The notes below the pieces were generated by a model, which was not told the origin of the DNA, did not search any database, and was given only the letters and a program-made list of their open reading frames with translations. Below, piece by piece: positions 16,570 through 30,800 of a stretch of 64,000 bases of DNA; within the stretch, counting starts at the first letter, position 1, and each line of letters opens with the position of its first letter. The stretch lies in the NCBI RefSeq assembly GCF_009914755.1, contig NC_060935.1, one strand, 5' to 3'. This DNA comes from the human T2T-CHM13v2.0 reference genome, Homo sapiens. Position numbers and translations under genes: made by a program.

Positions 16570-16830
16570 TCTTGAGTGCCTGCTGTGTGCCAGGCAGGCC
16601 CGCGTGGCACACTTTGCGTTATTATTGCGTTTCTTTCTCACAGCAGAGCCTTGTGAGGCAAATATTATCACACTAATTTCACAAAGGAGGAAGTCAAAGC
16701 TGGCCCTGCAGTATGAAGACTCAAGCCCAGACTTGCTGGCTCCTGCCTGCATCTCCCTCCACCTGGGTCTCCTGTCTCCCTACCTGCGGAAAGCTCACAC
16801 TCTGAATCATTGTGCATGGCTCTTACCCCG
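16570..16830 (-). mobile_element. MIR
   Basis: tgagtgcctgctgtgtgccaggca...atttcacaaaggaggaagtcaaagc. Confidence 0.6.
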
Positions 16831-16949
16831 CCCACCCCATCCTTGCGGCTGCTCACCTCCTGCATCACCTGTGCCCACTCAACAGCACACATGCCCACAA
16901 GCTCACATGCACCAAGATGGGCGCACTGGGTGCACGGGTGCACATGCAT

Positions 16950-17125
16950 ATTCCAGTCCTTACTGCTGCTTATCAGCTGTGTGACCTTGAGCAAGTCACT
17001 TAACCTCTCTGAGCCTCGGTTTTCTCATCTCACAGGGGTTGTTATGAGAATTAAATAAGATACTGAGTGTAACATTTCTAGTACCTTCCCTGGGCATAGT
17101 GCTCAATAAAGATTATCTACTTTTT
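16950..17125 (+). mobile_element. MIR
   Basis: gctgtgtgaccttgagcaagtcacttaacctctctgagcctcggttttctcatct. Confidence 0.88.
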
Positions 17126-17520
17126 AAACTTTAGCTATTTTTATTTCATCATTATTGTATATGTGCATCTTTGTACACTTTTTACACATGTAACAAGAGA
17201 CATGCAGTAGACACAGAGGCCCGGGGATTACCACACACACCTACTGCCCATGCAGGAACCCACAATAAACCAGCCAGCCACCTAGTATACTGGGTGCCCA
17301 TATGCTCATGCCAGGCTCTACTGCAGATGGGAGTTGGGGTTACCTGTGGTAGGGATACCTGTGTATAGGAGAAGACGGGGCCCTGGCCTTGGGGTCCACC
17401 CAAGCTGCCCGGGAAATGAGTTTTGTGCTCAAAGTGTGATCTGCAGGCCAATCTGGGACCTTGTTAGAATCTTGAAGAATCTCATACCTGACCCCAGATC
17501 TTCTTCTGAATCATGATCTG

Positions 17521-17820
17521 TTTTGGTTTGTTTTTTTTTTTTTTTTTTGAAACAGAGTCTTGCTCTGTCGCCCAGGCTGGAGTGAGTGCAGTGGTGCAAT
17601 CTCAGCTCACTGCAAGTTCTGCCTCCCAGGTTCATGCCATTCTCCTGTCTCCTAGGACAATAGGCACCCACCACCACGCCTGGCTATTTTTTTTTTTTTT
17701 AGTAGAGATGGGGTTTCACCGTGTTAGCCAGGATGGTCTTGATCTCCTGACCTCGTGATCCACCCACATCGGCCTCCCAAAGTGCTGGGATTACAGGTGT
17801 GAGCCACTGCGCCCCGCCCC
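17521..17820 (-). mobile_element. Alu (AluY/Sc-like, internal deletion)
   Basis: Diagnostic caccgtgttagccaggatggtcttgatctcctgacctcgtgatcc. Confidence 0.92.
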
Positions 17821-17821
17821 G

Positions 17822-18143
17822 ATTTTGTTTTGTTTTGTTTTTAGAGATGGGGTCTCGCTCTGTCAGCGACAGGCTCCAGTGCAGTAGTACAATCATACTC
17901 AATAGCACACTGCAGCCTCGAACTCCCAGGATCAAGCAATGCTTCTGCCTCAGCCTCCCAAGTAGCTGGGACTATAGGCACATGACGCCACATCCAGCTA
18001 ATTTTTTAAAAAGTTTTTTGTAGAGATGGGGTGGGGTCTTGTTATGTTACCAGGACTGATCTCAAAGTCCTGGCCTCAAGTGATTCTCCCTCCTTGGCAT
18101 CCCAAAGTGCTCGGATTATAGGCATGAGGTACCACACTCAGCC
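17822..18143 (-). mobile_element. Alu (AluJ-like)
   Basis: Diverged reverse dimer directly adjacent to the younger Alu. Confidence 0.9.
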
Positions 18144-19095
18144 AGGATCTGCATTTTAAATAAGATTCTCAGAGCACTAAGGCAGAGCAGAGGAAAGTGG
18201 GTGGAGCTGCATGCCTGGGCAGGATGAGGCTGACTTTGGGCCTGTCCCAGGTGTCTCCAATCCACACCTCTATCAATCAGGCTAACACACCTCCTGGCTC
18301 CTCCTCTGCTCTTGGGAGTTGATGCTAAGGTGTGAGGTTATCCAGTTCAGCCTTGGAAGGACAGGCTGGCCCCCTCAATCCTGTTCTAGGAGAACAAAAA
18401 TAGTGAAGTCTCTCCTTGGTTCCTCTCAGGGCTCTGAAGGGCTTGGGGCTGGGAGCCACATAGGATCCAAGAAACTAGCAGGGGGTGCCTCCTGCCCATC
18501 GATCCCCCTTCTGAACCATGTTCATCCTAGCTTGTGAATCTCCCCTCCCAGCCTCCGGGTAGGTCACTGCCAAAACTCTGGCTGACCTCTTCCATCTTGA
18601 GTGGGGTGTGGGCTCAGTCCCTTGGGGCCATGGGAGCCTGAAGCCTGGGCCAGATCCCCCCTCCCTATCCCTGTTGGGGCTAATTTTAGGGCTGCTTTGA
18701 CAGCTGCCTCAGCTCAGCCTGGGTCAGTTCCCAGCCACTCACTGTTGGGGTCAGTTAGGGTCACCTAGGAGTGGGCCAGGCCAGCCCCACCTTTGGCTGC
18801 AAAAGATGAAACTAGAATCTTTGTCCCCTGTCCGCCCTCCCCACTGCCTGGAGAGTCCCACTGAGCTGACCTCCACGTCCCATGCCCTGTATGTGAAACC
18901 GCAGAGGAGCCCAGGATTTAGAACAGCCCATGGAGATCAAGACTGAGTATTGGTGCCTCCATGCCTGGAGGATGCAGACAGGTGAGGCCCCTTCTCAGCG
19001 GCCCTCTCTGATGCCAACCCAACACATATTTCTGAACTCAGTTACTGTGCAAGGCTGTCAGAGATTAGGAGCAGATGACACCTGGGATACTTTCT

Positions 19096-19399
19096 GTTTT
19101 TTGAGATGAGTCTCGCTTTGTCACCGAGGCTGGAGTGCAATGGCACAATTTCGGTTCACTGCAATCTCCGCCTTCCAGGTTCAAGCAATTCTCCCTGCCT
19201 CAGCCTCCCAAGTAGCTGGGATTACAGGCACCCACCATCACAACTGGCTAATTTTGTATTTTTATTAATTTTGTAATTTTGTATTTTTGGTAGAGATGGG
19301 TTTTCGCCATGTTGGCCAGGCTGGTCTGACCTCAGGTGATCTGCCCGCCTCAGCCTCCCAAAGTGCTGGGATTACAGGTGTGAGCCACCGTGCCCAGCC
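19096..19399 (-). mobile_element. Alu (AluS-like)
   Basis: Reverse Alu with perfect 18-bp TSD ACACCTGGGATACTTTCT (19078-19095 and 19400-19417). Confidence 0.96.
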
Positions 19400-20399
19400 A
19401 CACCTGGGATACTTTCTAGAGGGAGGATTTTAGCTTCTGAGAACAAAGGGATGGAGTCCTTCCTCTGTCACCAACGCTCTGGTCCTTGGTTTCCTCCCCT
19501 CGGAAAGGGTGTGGTGATACCTGCTCACAGACTAGCTGGGGGTACAGAGGAGGAGAAAAGGGCCGGAAAGCGTGCTGGGAACTCTGGAGTCTGCAGTGCC
19601 CACAGGGCCGCCACTCGGCTGGGGCCTAGGTTCTCTCCCATGAGAACCTAGAGGTTGAGCAGCTACCACAGTCTTCGCCCCAGCCTGCCCCCAGCCAGTA
19701 ATGTTGCAGAAGAAAAGAGGAACAGATCTTGAAGCTGACGTGGGCAAAAGGGAAGGGAAATGCAAGCAGGGGCCACGGAGGGAAGCTATGGGTCTCCTTC
19801 CCCCACCTGCAGCCTTTGCTGCCTCTGTTACTACCTTCTGTCTTTCCAAATCCTCCCCTCATCTCCAGCTCCTGCTTCCTCCCTGACCCTAGGGGGCTAA
19901 ATAAGATGGGACACTGAGCACCCTGTGGGGAGGTGAGCTGTCTGGTGGGCTTTGTTTAATTTTCCAGAGCCCCCTCTCTACATATAACCAAGGAACTTTC
20001 TAAAGACAGGGCTGGGCTTCAGTCCTCCAGGGGCAGCCCTGTGAACTGGGCTCAGAAAACCTCAGATTTGAACCCTCAACCCCATATCTGTCTGTGTTAC
20101 CCTGAGCCAGGTGGGCCTCCCTCTGAATCCAGGTGCCTCATCCTCACACTGGCCCCATGAGGCCTTTGCAAGCTTCTGCCTGGTTCCTGGTTCTCATGGT
20201 GCCCCGGCCTTGTGTGTGAATGAGTGTGTGTGTGCACACTGGACTTTGCTGCACATGGTAGCCCACAATCAATATTGAATAGCCCACCTCAAATCCTTTT
20301 TGAAAGGCTGAGTACCTGAATAAATAGATAAATGTTGACTGAGTCTAAAAACACACATGCAGCCTGAGAAAAGCCTTGTTTATCCAGCCTCCCTAAATA

Positions 20400-21060
20400 A
20401 GGAGTCAATTCCCAGAGCGGACTCTCCAGATGATTCAGGATGGAGGAACCTAAAGATGTGGAAGAATAGAGGCCTCCTAGGTGGAGGGAACATCGTGAGC
20501 CACAGCTGAGAGCTGGAGGATACTTGGCTGCAAGTCGAACAGCCACATGAGATGAGCTGATAAGGCTGGCAGGGTCCAGAGCCTGGAGGGCCTCGAATGC
20601 TAGGCCAAGGAGCCAGACCTTATCCAGAGGGCAGTGGGAACCATGGAAGGGTTTTGAGCAGGGGAGTGACAAGGCTGGGTGTGTGGCCAGCAGGGTCCCT
20701 CTCTGGTTGCTGCATGAAGCATGGACTGAAGGCAGACAGCAGTGTCAAAGGGCCCTCTGCTTTTGAGGTTCAGGAGGAAAAGATGAAGGATGAAGTTGGG
20801 CAGTTCAGCGGAAGGTGAGAGGTGGACAGTCCCCAGGATAGCACAGAGGGGTGGCCAGGATTTAGTTAAGGATGGGAGGAGGGCAGGCAGAAAATGAGAG
20901 GAGGCTTGGTGGCTTCTGGGTTCCTGGCCCAGGTGACCGGCTGGTTGGTGATGCTCTTGCTGAGGTTGTGACAGGAAGAGCAGGTCTGGGGAAAGATAAA
21001 GAGTTCATCAGCTTTGGACATGTCAGGGGAGCAGGCGTCCCAAAGGAGGATTGATTAGAG
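20400..21060 (-). mobile_element. L2 LINE fragment
   Basis: gggcagtgggaaccatggaagggttttgagcaggggagtgac, gagttcatcagctttggacatg. Confidence 0.75.
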
Positions 21061-22084
21061 GGCTGGAGCCAGGTAAATGTGGACAGATTTTCCCTGAATG
21101 ACATTTTACTGGATGACTTTAAAGTATCCCAAGTATCCTGGGGACAGTCTTTGGCACCAACTGCCTATGGTCCCCAAGACAGATAGGACCAGGACTTGGG
21201 TCCCAGAGAAGGGTCAGCAAAGGGTCTGACTAGGGTGAAGGGGAGGGTCTAAGATCCTTGGCTCAGGAGTACCCCCAGGGTAATGCAGGAGTGGCTGGCA
21301 CAGAGGTTTAGAGGTAGATAAGGGGTAGGAAAAAGCCATGGGTGGGCTGAGCTGGCAAGCCTCAGAGACCAGTCAGCCCAGAACCATCATTGTACAGACA
21401 GACAGAGCCAGGCCCGGCAAGGCCTAGGGATCTGGCAGGTCACAAGTCAAGGCAGACAGGTCATCAGCTTCTGGCTCAGTGCTGTACCCTTAGCCCGACT
21501 GGCTGGGAGGGGTCAGCTCCGTGTGGGCCTGGGATTGAGCTCCTGGGCCACGCCTAGGTGCTGTGGGCTTGTGTGGTTCGGGTGGAAGCACTGGGGCAGG
21601 CAGATGAGAGCCCCACCCTGAGCAGCACCCTAAACCCACTGTCTGTCAGTCTGCCCCAACCCTGTGCTTTTACTTTCTCAGTCCCAGGACCCAGGCTGGG
21701 CTGTAATCAGAGGAGGGAACTGGAACCTGGACCGGGGGAACACAAAGCTCTGCACACAGCCAGTCTCCTGGCAGATGCTGAGATGCTCATGGGTGGGTGG
21801 GGGACTGTGGCATCAGGGGCCATGTTCCACACAAGGTGAAATGCAGTAAGGGCAATTTCCACAAAGCTTGTTGAGCCAGGTACTGTTTTATGATCTTGAA
21901 ACAGTGAACAGGATTTATGTTCTAACTAGACATTGACAATAAGCAAACTAATACATAACATAACAATGGAAAGATGAGAGGAAGAAACAGAGCCCAGAGG
22001 GATGGGCACCTTCAGTGGGGAGCGGGGAATGGCCACTTGACAGAAGACCCCTGCAGGCCTGATGGGCTGAGTGATTTTAATTAA

Positions 22085-22541
<457 letters not shown>

Positions 22542-23113
22542 TGAGGAGGACTGTGGGGAAATGAGCCTCTCACAAGGTCTAGTCCCTGCCACAAAGTCCT
22601 GCCCAAGAGCCACCCCAACCTGCCCACTTGGCTCCTCCAACCTGGGAGCCAGGTAAGAGCTGAGGAGCCCCAGGGCCTTGGCACTGAGTCAGATGTAGCC
22701 TGGGAGGTGGAGGTGACTCACTTGGGGGTGTCAAGATCCAGGAAACCACAGCCCAGGGTCAGGGCAGAAACCTGGAGACTCCCTGCCTTGCCTTGCCCCA
22801 GAATGATGAATAGGAGGGCCCTGGCCTTTCCTAAGAAGCCCCCAGCCAAGGGTCCTCCTGCTGTCATGAAGGCCCAAGTTCCAGTCAAGTTGTTGAGAGG
22901 TGCCCAAGGACCTGCCAGTGCCTGCTTCCTCTGGGCCTCGGCCTCCTAGTCCACTTATAGTGGGGAGCAATGGGGCTAGATAAGCTTCAGTGTTCCTAGC
23001 AGCTCTGAATTTCTGTTTCGTTGAGTATGTTGCAGGAGGCCCACAACCTCTGATGGTTCCTGGGGGCTCAGGGCAGGGGTGAATGACAGATGCTGAAAAG
23101 CGGGGGTCAAGGG

Positions 23114-23297
23114 AGGGTTTGCAAGGTTTAGCAAATGTCAATACAGGATATGTTGTTAAATTTGAATTTCAGATTAGCAATGAATAACTTTTTAGTATAA
23201 GCACATGTCCCAAATATCCGTTATGTTAAAGAATTTTTCACTGTTTATCAGAAATTCAAATTTGACTGGGCGTCTTGTACTTTCTCCGGCCATGCTA
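23114..23297. mobile_element. MER53 palindromic hAT MITE
   Basis: agggtttgc..atttagcaaat..tacagga..ttaaatttgaatttcagat / atcagaaattcaaatttgactgggcgtcttgta; internal inverted repeat. Confidence 0.88.
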
Positions 23298-25589
23298 GGT
23301 GGGAAAGGTAATTGGAGCTGGGACTTCATCAGAGGAAGGTCTTAGACTCAGACAACTGGAGCTCTCACCACCTCCCTTGCTGCCCTCAGGGTCCCTTATC
23401 CATGAACTTCTTGATTTGTTGGAAGGTAGGGGGATGAGGGAGTGAGAACCCTGGGGTTAGGGGAAACTAAGAGCTATGTAGAGAGGCAGAGAGACCCCAA
23501 GACCCCAAGAGGCAGCACCGGAACTCTTCCTGGCCTGCACTCAGGTAACCTCGCCACCTCTCTTCCCCAGAACTCCTGCAAAGCTCAACCTCATTCCTAC
23601 TGCCATACCCTTGCTTGTTCCAGCCCTGCCTCTTTCCATCCTATGCAAACTTTACCCACAGCCTCTGCCAGGAGCCCTTTCTTGGCTATCCTTTAGCGTT
23701 GTGACTTCCTCCTCTGGGTTCCCAGAGTGCTGTCAGTCACCCTCCTCCTCATGGAGCTGTTCAATCAATGGAGCACCCTCTCTGGAGGAGGCTTTGGAGC
23801 AGACTCTGGGCAGTGATTAGGACAGTGGAGCCGACAGTGATCGGGACAGGCACAGCCCCTGCTCCATGGAGCACACGGTCTGGTGGGGAGGCAGACACAC
23901 AATCACAAAACAGGAGAGAATGAATCGCCCTTTCACTGGGACCAACTGGTCCATGTCACTGAGGCTTTATGCAGGCAGAGGACACGTTCTGTTGTACTCA
24001 GGCCCTACCACAGAGCAGGCTTCAGTGAATATTAGTGGCATAAGTGAGAGTGCAATGATGCAACTAAAGCTGGGGATGGTGGGGACGCTGACTAAGTCTG
24101 AGAGGTCACCATGCAAACAGCCTGAACTCGGCACCTCCGGCCGTGGCCTGGACCTGGTGAGGCTTGGCATCATGGCATGCCATTGCTCATGAGAATCTGG
24201 CCCTGCAAGAGTCTGCATTTCCAGGGGTCAGGGACTGGATCTTCCTCTCCTCTCATTCCCTCTTGCCCTGGCCAATAACCTGACACAGGAGATGAATTGA
24301 TAGAGAGCTGATAGATGGGAAATACTGTGTGGCTGTCCCACTGAGGCTGGAAGGACTAGTCACACCACATTGTTCTTTCTCCTCTGCATAGAATGTTGCT
24401 TGGGGCAATTTTAGTAGGTAGTCACAATCTCTTTCCAGTATTAGAAGAGATGAGTGACTTTCTCCCTGTATGCAGGTCCCAGTGGCGTTTAGCATCTGCT
24501 TGTCCAGACCCCTTCACAGCTGTGGTCGGGGACCCCGCAATGACTGTGACAGGGCCATGCCTACCTACCCTTCACTAAGCCCTGGCTAAATGAGCCAGGC
24601 CCCCCTACAGACACCATCTCCAGTGCCCAGATTAAAGAAGAAACTGAGGCTTGGGAAGTGTAGGTGCTACAGTGGCTAAGCCAGGATTTTAACTCAGATT
24701 TGTCTAATGCTGAGGCTCAAGCTCCTTCTGTTGCACTGAGCTGCCTCTATTTTTTAAAGTAACCTCTGAGATGTTACTTATTTTTGGAACTCAGAAACTC
24801 ACTCCAGCTTTATCCCACTTTGATCTTTATGACTTAGGTTGCAGATGCCATCAAAGCTGTTGCTTCTCTGTGAACTGCAGCAGACTTTGCCCGGAGCAGT
24901 AAACTGTGGACGGAGGAAGGGAAGCAGGAAGGCAGGTTTGAGACTGGTTCCCCATGGGTTCACTGGCACTATCCTGGGTCGTCCCACCCTTCCTTCAGCC
25001 TGCCGCCCTGTCCTGAGTCATGCAGTTCCCTAGCACTCCTGGGACAGCTGAGCCCTGTGCATGCATGCACGCAGCATTCCCCTGCAGCCTGCGCTCACAC
25101 CACCCCCCACGCACCACCCTCCACCTGGTCCTGGACATACTTCGCTACCTCAAGGTATCCAATGGCCAAAATCCAAGGCTACCACTGGGGAAGATTCTTC
25201 ACGGGTTTGCAGTGTGCCATGTCTCCCCTGCTAGACTGTGAATGCCTCTAGGGCAGGGACCTTTCACCCTCTCATTTGTGTGCTCAATAAACACCTACTA
25301 TGTGCCAGGCACAGTGCTGGATGCCAGGGTATAATTGGAGCTGATGTGCAGTCAGTACACAATGGCACAGCTGTAGCAGCCCTGAGACCTCCAAGTGCTC
25401 CAGCACCCTGGCTGCCCCTTGGTGTACTGCCTGGGCCTCCTCACAGTCCTTCAATGAAAGGGCTAATGTTTGGCACACTGGAGGGCTCCAGGAGCTCATG
25501 TCACATTGGCTCATGTCTTAGACCTCCTGGACCTCCCTGGCCTCTGTAGGTATGTGCCTGATTCCGGGCAGGTTTGCACTGGGATAGAC

Positions 25590-25720
25590 ATGGGGCGGTT
25601 TCAGTGATGAGTCACCTGATGACAGCCCTGTAAAATATAAAGGAGTGCTGGGTACAGGCATGCACAAGACCTTGAGTGCTCCTCTGTGACAGTCTCCTCA
25701 CCAGTAACTGTCTGAGTCAA
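25590..25720 (+). promoter_or_regulatory. Candidate promoter/enhancer: GC box, two AP-1 sites, TATA box
   Basis: GGGGCGG 25592-25598, TGAGTCA 25608-25614, TATAAA 25636-25641, TGAGTCA 25713-25719 in apparently non-repeat DNA. Confidence 0.4.
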
Positions 25721-26862
25721 GTCTGGCCATAGGCAAATCCATTGTCATCCTTTCCTCTCCCCCTGCTGGCTTCAAGATCCAGCCAGTTCTCTCTTTCTTT
25801 GCTGGCTTCTGTATCACTAATGGACTTGTGGCTTTGGGAGCAGGTGCCATTTCCCTGCAGGCTGTGGACTTCTTATCAGCTCCATCCAAGAGTTTTGACA
25901 GGAGCCTGAAGCCCTGTTTAAAGTCCCTGTCTTCTAGTGGAGTTTCACTGATTTTCTGGTTATGCCAGCTTCTGGTTCCAAGGTCATTGCCAGCCCTTAG
26001 TTCATGGGCAGAGCTGAGACCTTTGGCATGCTTGGTGCCCAGCTCAGGTTCCCAGGTCTGTCCCCCTACCCCAGGGGCTCCCACACACCCTGGGATGGTC
26101 TTCTAGGGCCTGTCCATGTGCAGTGTTCACAGTGGCAAAAACACAGCAACAACAGCACATGCAAACGCTCCCAGCAAAAGGTAGGAGGGTTTTACACTCC
26201 TGGACCAGGGCTGGAACAGCGTTGTTTATTAAGAACACGGACTTTAGATAATTCTATTGAGATTATACATGGAAAGCCCTTGTTTCAGTATCTGACACAT
26301 ACTAGGTGTTCAATAAATTACAACTATCATTAAAGGCACTTTGAGGAGAGCAGAATTTGCTATGATGGTTGATGATGTGGTAAAGGTAGTGATTCTTGAT
26401 AGTGATTATGGAGTCTCACCACTGACAATGGCAACGATAGTTTTCCTTACCCAGGGAATGATATATCTCTCTGGGGATATTTACAGTAGGTTTGTAGGTC
26501 AACATTTGATAAAGAGAGTCAAGAAGAGAAGGAAATATGTCCTATGGGTAATTTCTAGTTTGATTATGGAGACAAGATTCAGAGACACAAAAGAATTATA
26601 AGAGTTCTCCCACTTGACCTGGGAGCCAAGGGCTCGGGAAAGGGAGGCTCAAGGTTCCTAGCACAAGGTAATCATTCAAATATGATTCCCCAAAATGGCA
26701 TTGACAGCCTTCGTCCTCTTTCCACTGTTGGTCACTGTTAGAACAGAAGGGAGGCTGGTGAGCCAGTGAACCCCTGCTTCTTTCTCCTGCTTACTTTCTC
26801 CCCGCAACTTGCCAGAGGTTCACAAACCTTCAGGTAAATGACATGACAGGGAATGTCACTGA

Positions 26863-27415
<553 letters not shown>

Positions 27416-27929
27416 TAGACCCTCTGCCAGTGACATTCCGGATTACCAATACCTTCAATAGTCCAGAACCTTATTACCTGTATTTTACAGTTGTGGAAAC
27501 TGAGGGTCATAGGGTTTAAATAAACGAATAAGTGATAGAATCAGGATTTGAATGTAGGGTTGTCTATTCCAAATCATTCCTCTTAACCACTATCCTGCCA
27601 GTCGAAGCCATGGTGATGCCCTTCTGAGCAAATTGATGGTGTCTGTGATGCCCTTATGTACCAACCTTCTCTACTCAGCAGAGGAGGAAATGGCCCCTGG
27701 CTAGTGGGCGGGAGCATCAGTGGATATTATGCTGGATTAAGATGTCATTCTACTGTTGACTTAGAACATAACCATGGGGCCATGAGGCCGCACCCCTGTG
27801 GGAAGGCAGTGAAATGGCTCATCTAAAGTTCTTCCTGGTGTAAGTGCCCTGGGGAAGATGTGTGATCCAGGGCCTGGGAAGCAGAACTGCTGTAGGATCT
27901 TATGGCTACAGAAGAGAGACCCGGACTCT

Positions 27930-28221
27930 TTTTTTTTTTTTGAGACAGAGTCTCACTCTGTCACCCAGGCTGGAGTGCAGTGGCAATTCTTGGCTCAATG
28001 CAACCTCTGCCTCCCAAGTTCCAGTGATTCTCCTGCCTCAGCCTCCTGGGTAGCTGGGATTATAGGCACACACCACCACATGCGGCTAATTTTTGTATTT
28101 TTAGTAGAGATGCGGTTTCATCATGTTGGCCAGGCTGGTGTCGAACTCCTGAATTCAGGTGATCCACTATCTCGGCCTCCCAAAGTGCTGGGATTACAGG
28201 CACGAGCCACCGTGCCCGGCC
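27930..28221 (-). mobile_element. Alu (AluS-like)
   Basis: Reverse dimer; TSD AGACCC(G/T)GACTCT. Confidence 0.95.
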
Positions 28222-28544
28222 AGACCCTGACTCTCATAGTCTGCACTTTTGAAGATATTGAAGATATTGGTGTCTATAAGGATGTCCCCAAGTCAGGGGC
28301 CTATCAAAAAGAGGCAGGTCAGGAACTAGAAGGGGAGGGTGGAGATCAGGCAAGGCCCTATGTTTCACTCTGGAGTCAGTTAGCACCTGGAGAACAAATG
28401 ATACCTTACACAACAAACTGTTTAGTAGGTCACACTCCACCCCATTCATGTCCCCATTGTCACCTCTATCTGAACAGCCTGTTACAGCCATTTTAAGGAA
28501 GCAATTTTTAAGGATAATAATTTAAAATAAAATTTTAGAACAAG

Positions 28545-29100
28545 TAGACAAACTTCTTAAAAGAATAGTTTTTGATGCACAGAAAAGTTGCAAAGATGGT
28601 ACAGAGGATTCTCGTATATCCTCACCCACTTTCCTCTACTGCTAACGTCTTATATTGGCCACGGCAAATGAACCAGTATTAGTAAATTATTATTAACTAA
28701 AATCCATACTTTATTTACATTTCCTTCGTTTTTACCTAATGTCCTTTTTCTGTCCCAGGATTCCATCCAAGGTGCCACGTTACACTTAAACATCATGCCT
28801 CCATCCTTTCTTCCTGGTCTGAGAGAGTTGCTCAGACTCTCCTGGTTTTTGATGATCTTGAGAGTTTTGAGTATTCATCATCAGGTATTGTGCAGACTGT
28901 TAATTTGGGCTTTGCTGTTGGTTTTCTCATGATTAGACTTGGTTGAGTTCTTGCGAGGAAGGTCACAGAGGTGAAGTGCCACTCTCATTGCATTATATCA
29001 AGGGAACATTCCATCAGCATGACTCATAACCATTGATAACAGTCTTGATCACATGACAGAGGGAGTGATTGTCAGACTTCTCCATGGCGAAGTTACTCAA
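28545..29100 (-). mobile_element. Old L1 (L1MB8/MC-like) 3' fragment
   Basis: cacagaaaagttgcaaagatggtacagag...gtcctttttctgtcccaggattccatcca...cacagaggtgaagtgcc. Confidence 0.8.
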
Positions 29101-29364
29101 AGGATGCATTCCAATCACTGAGATGGAAGGGGCAGTACCCCCTGGCAGTCTGTGTGGTGGGAACCCATGAGAGAACCCACCCGATAGGTAAATTTCAGAG
29201 GGCAATGTTCAAGTTCTGGGTTCAACTGCCCCATCTCAGCATCTAAGGCTATGGGCTCTACCAGCACTGGCAGGAACCAGGTCTGATTCATTTCCATGTT
29301 CTCAATACCCAGCACAAGGTTGTCGGTTGAATGTATAACTGAATTTATTTTCTTTTGCAAATCA

Positions 29365-30180
<816 letters not shown>

Positions 30181-30199
30181 TATTAATGCATGATTGGAT

Positions 30200-30800
30200 T
30201 TTTAAAGAAGGTGGTATTTCCTCACAGGCTTTTAGGAAGCTGATCAAACTTATGGCTCTGGTTATGGGCCAGGGCCTGTGAGAAGGGAGTTTCTGTCTTG
30301 GGCCAGGTTGAGGTAATTATTTCATCAACAGGTTGGATAAAGACATGGCGCACATGTATCAGGTTCACCCATGACAAAAAGTCAGGAAGGGTGCTAAAAA
30401 TCAACGCAAATATTTAAAATGGGAAATATATCAAGGCTTGCGTGTGATTTCTTCAAAAGATTGCCCAAACACAGGCTATGGGAGAACTGGTTTACCAACA
30501 ATGATACAAAAAGGAGCTCAGAGTCTGAGCTGACCACAAGCCCTACATGAGCTGAGGCAGAGGCTGCCAAACAAACAAATGCAAATGCAGGCTGCATTAA
30601 CAGAGGCATAGCAACCAGAACAGAGAAGGGACTGCCCTACGCTGCTCCACACTCAGCCAGACCCAGCTGGAGCTCTAGGACCTTTCTGACACTTTGGGGT
30701 ATGTGCTGAGTCAAGAGAGGGTGACCAGGCTATAGAGGCCTGAAAACCAGGCCATGTGACAAGTAGGCAGAGGACTGAGTGGGAGCAGGGTGGCTGGAGC
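30200..30800 (+). mobile_element. CR1/L3 LINE fragment
   Basis: ttcatcaacaggttggataaagac...atgacaaaaagtcaggaagg...gctgaccacaagcc...ggctgcattaacagaggcatagcaaccagaaca resembles the CR1 RT region. Confidence 0.75.

Larger units (their letters stand above)
17425..18172. mobile_element. MER5A1-like hAT-Charlie DNA transposon split by two tandem Alus
   Basis: ctcaaagtgtg...cttgttagaat...gaccccaga...tgaatcatgatctg [Alus] gatctgcattttaaataagattctcag. Confidence 0.7.
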
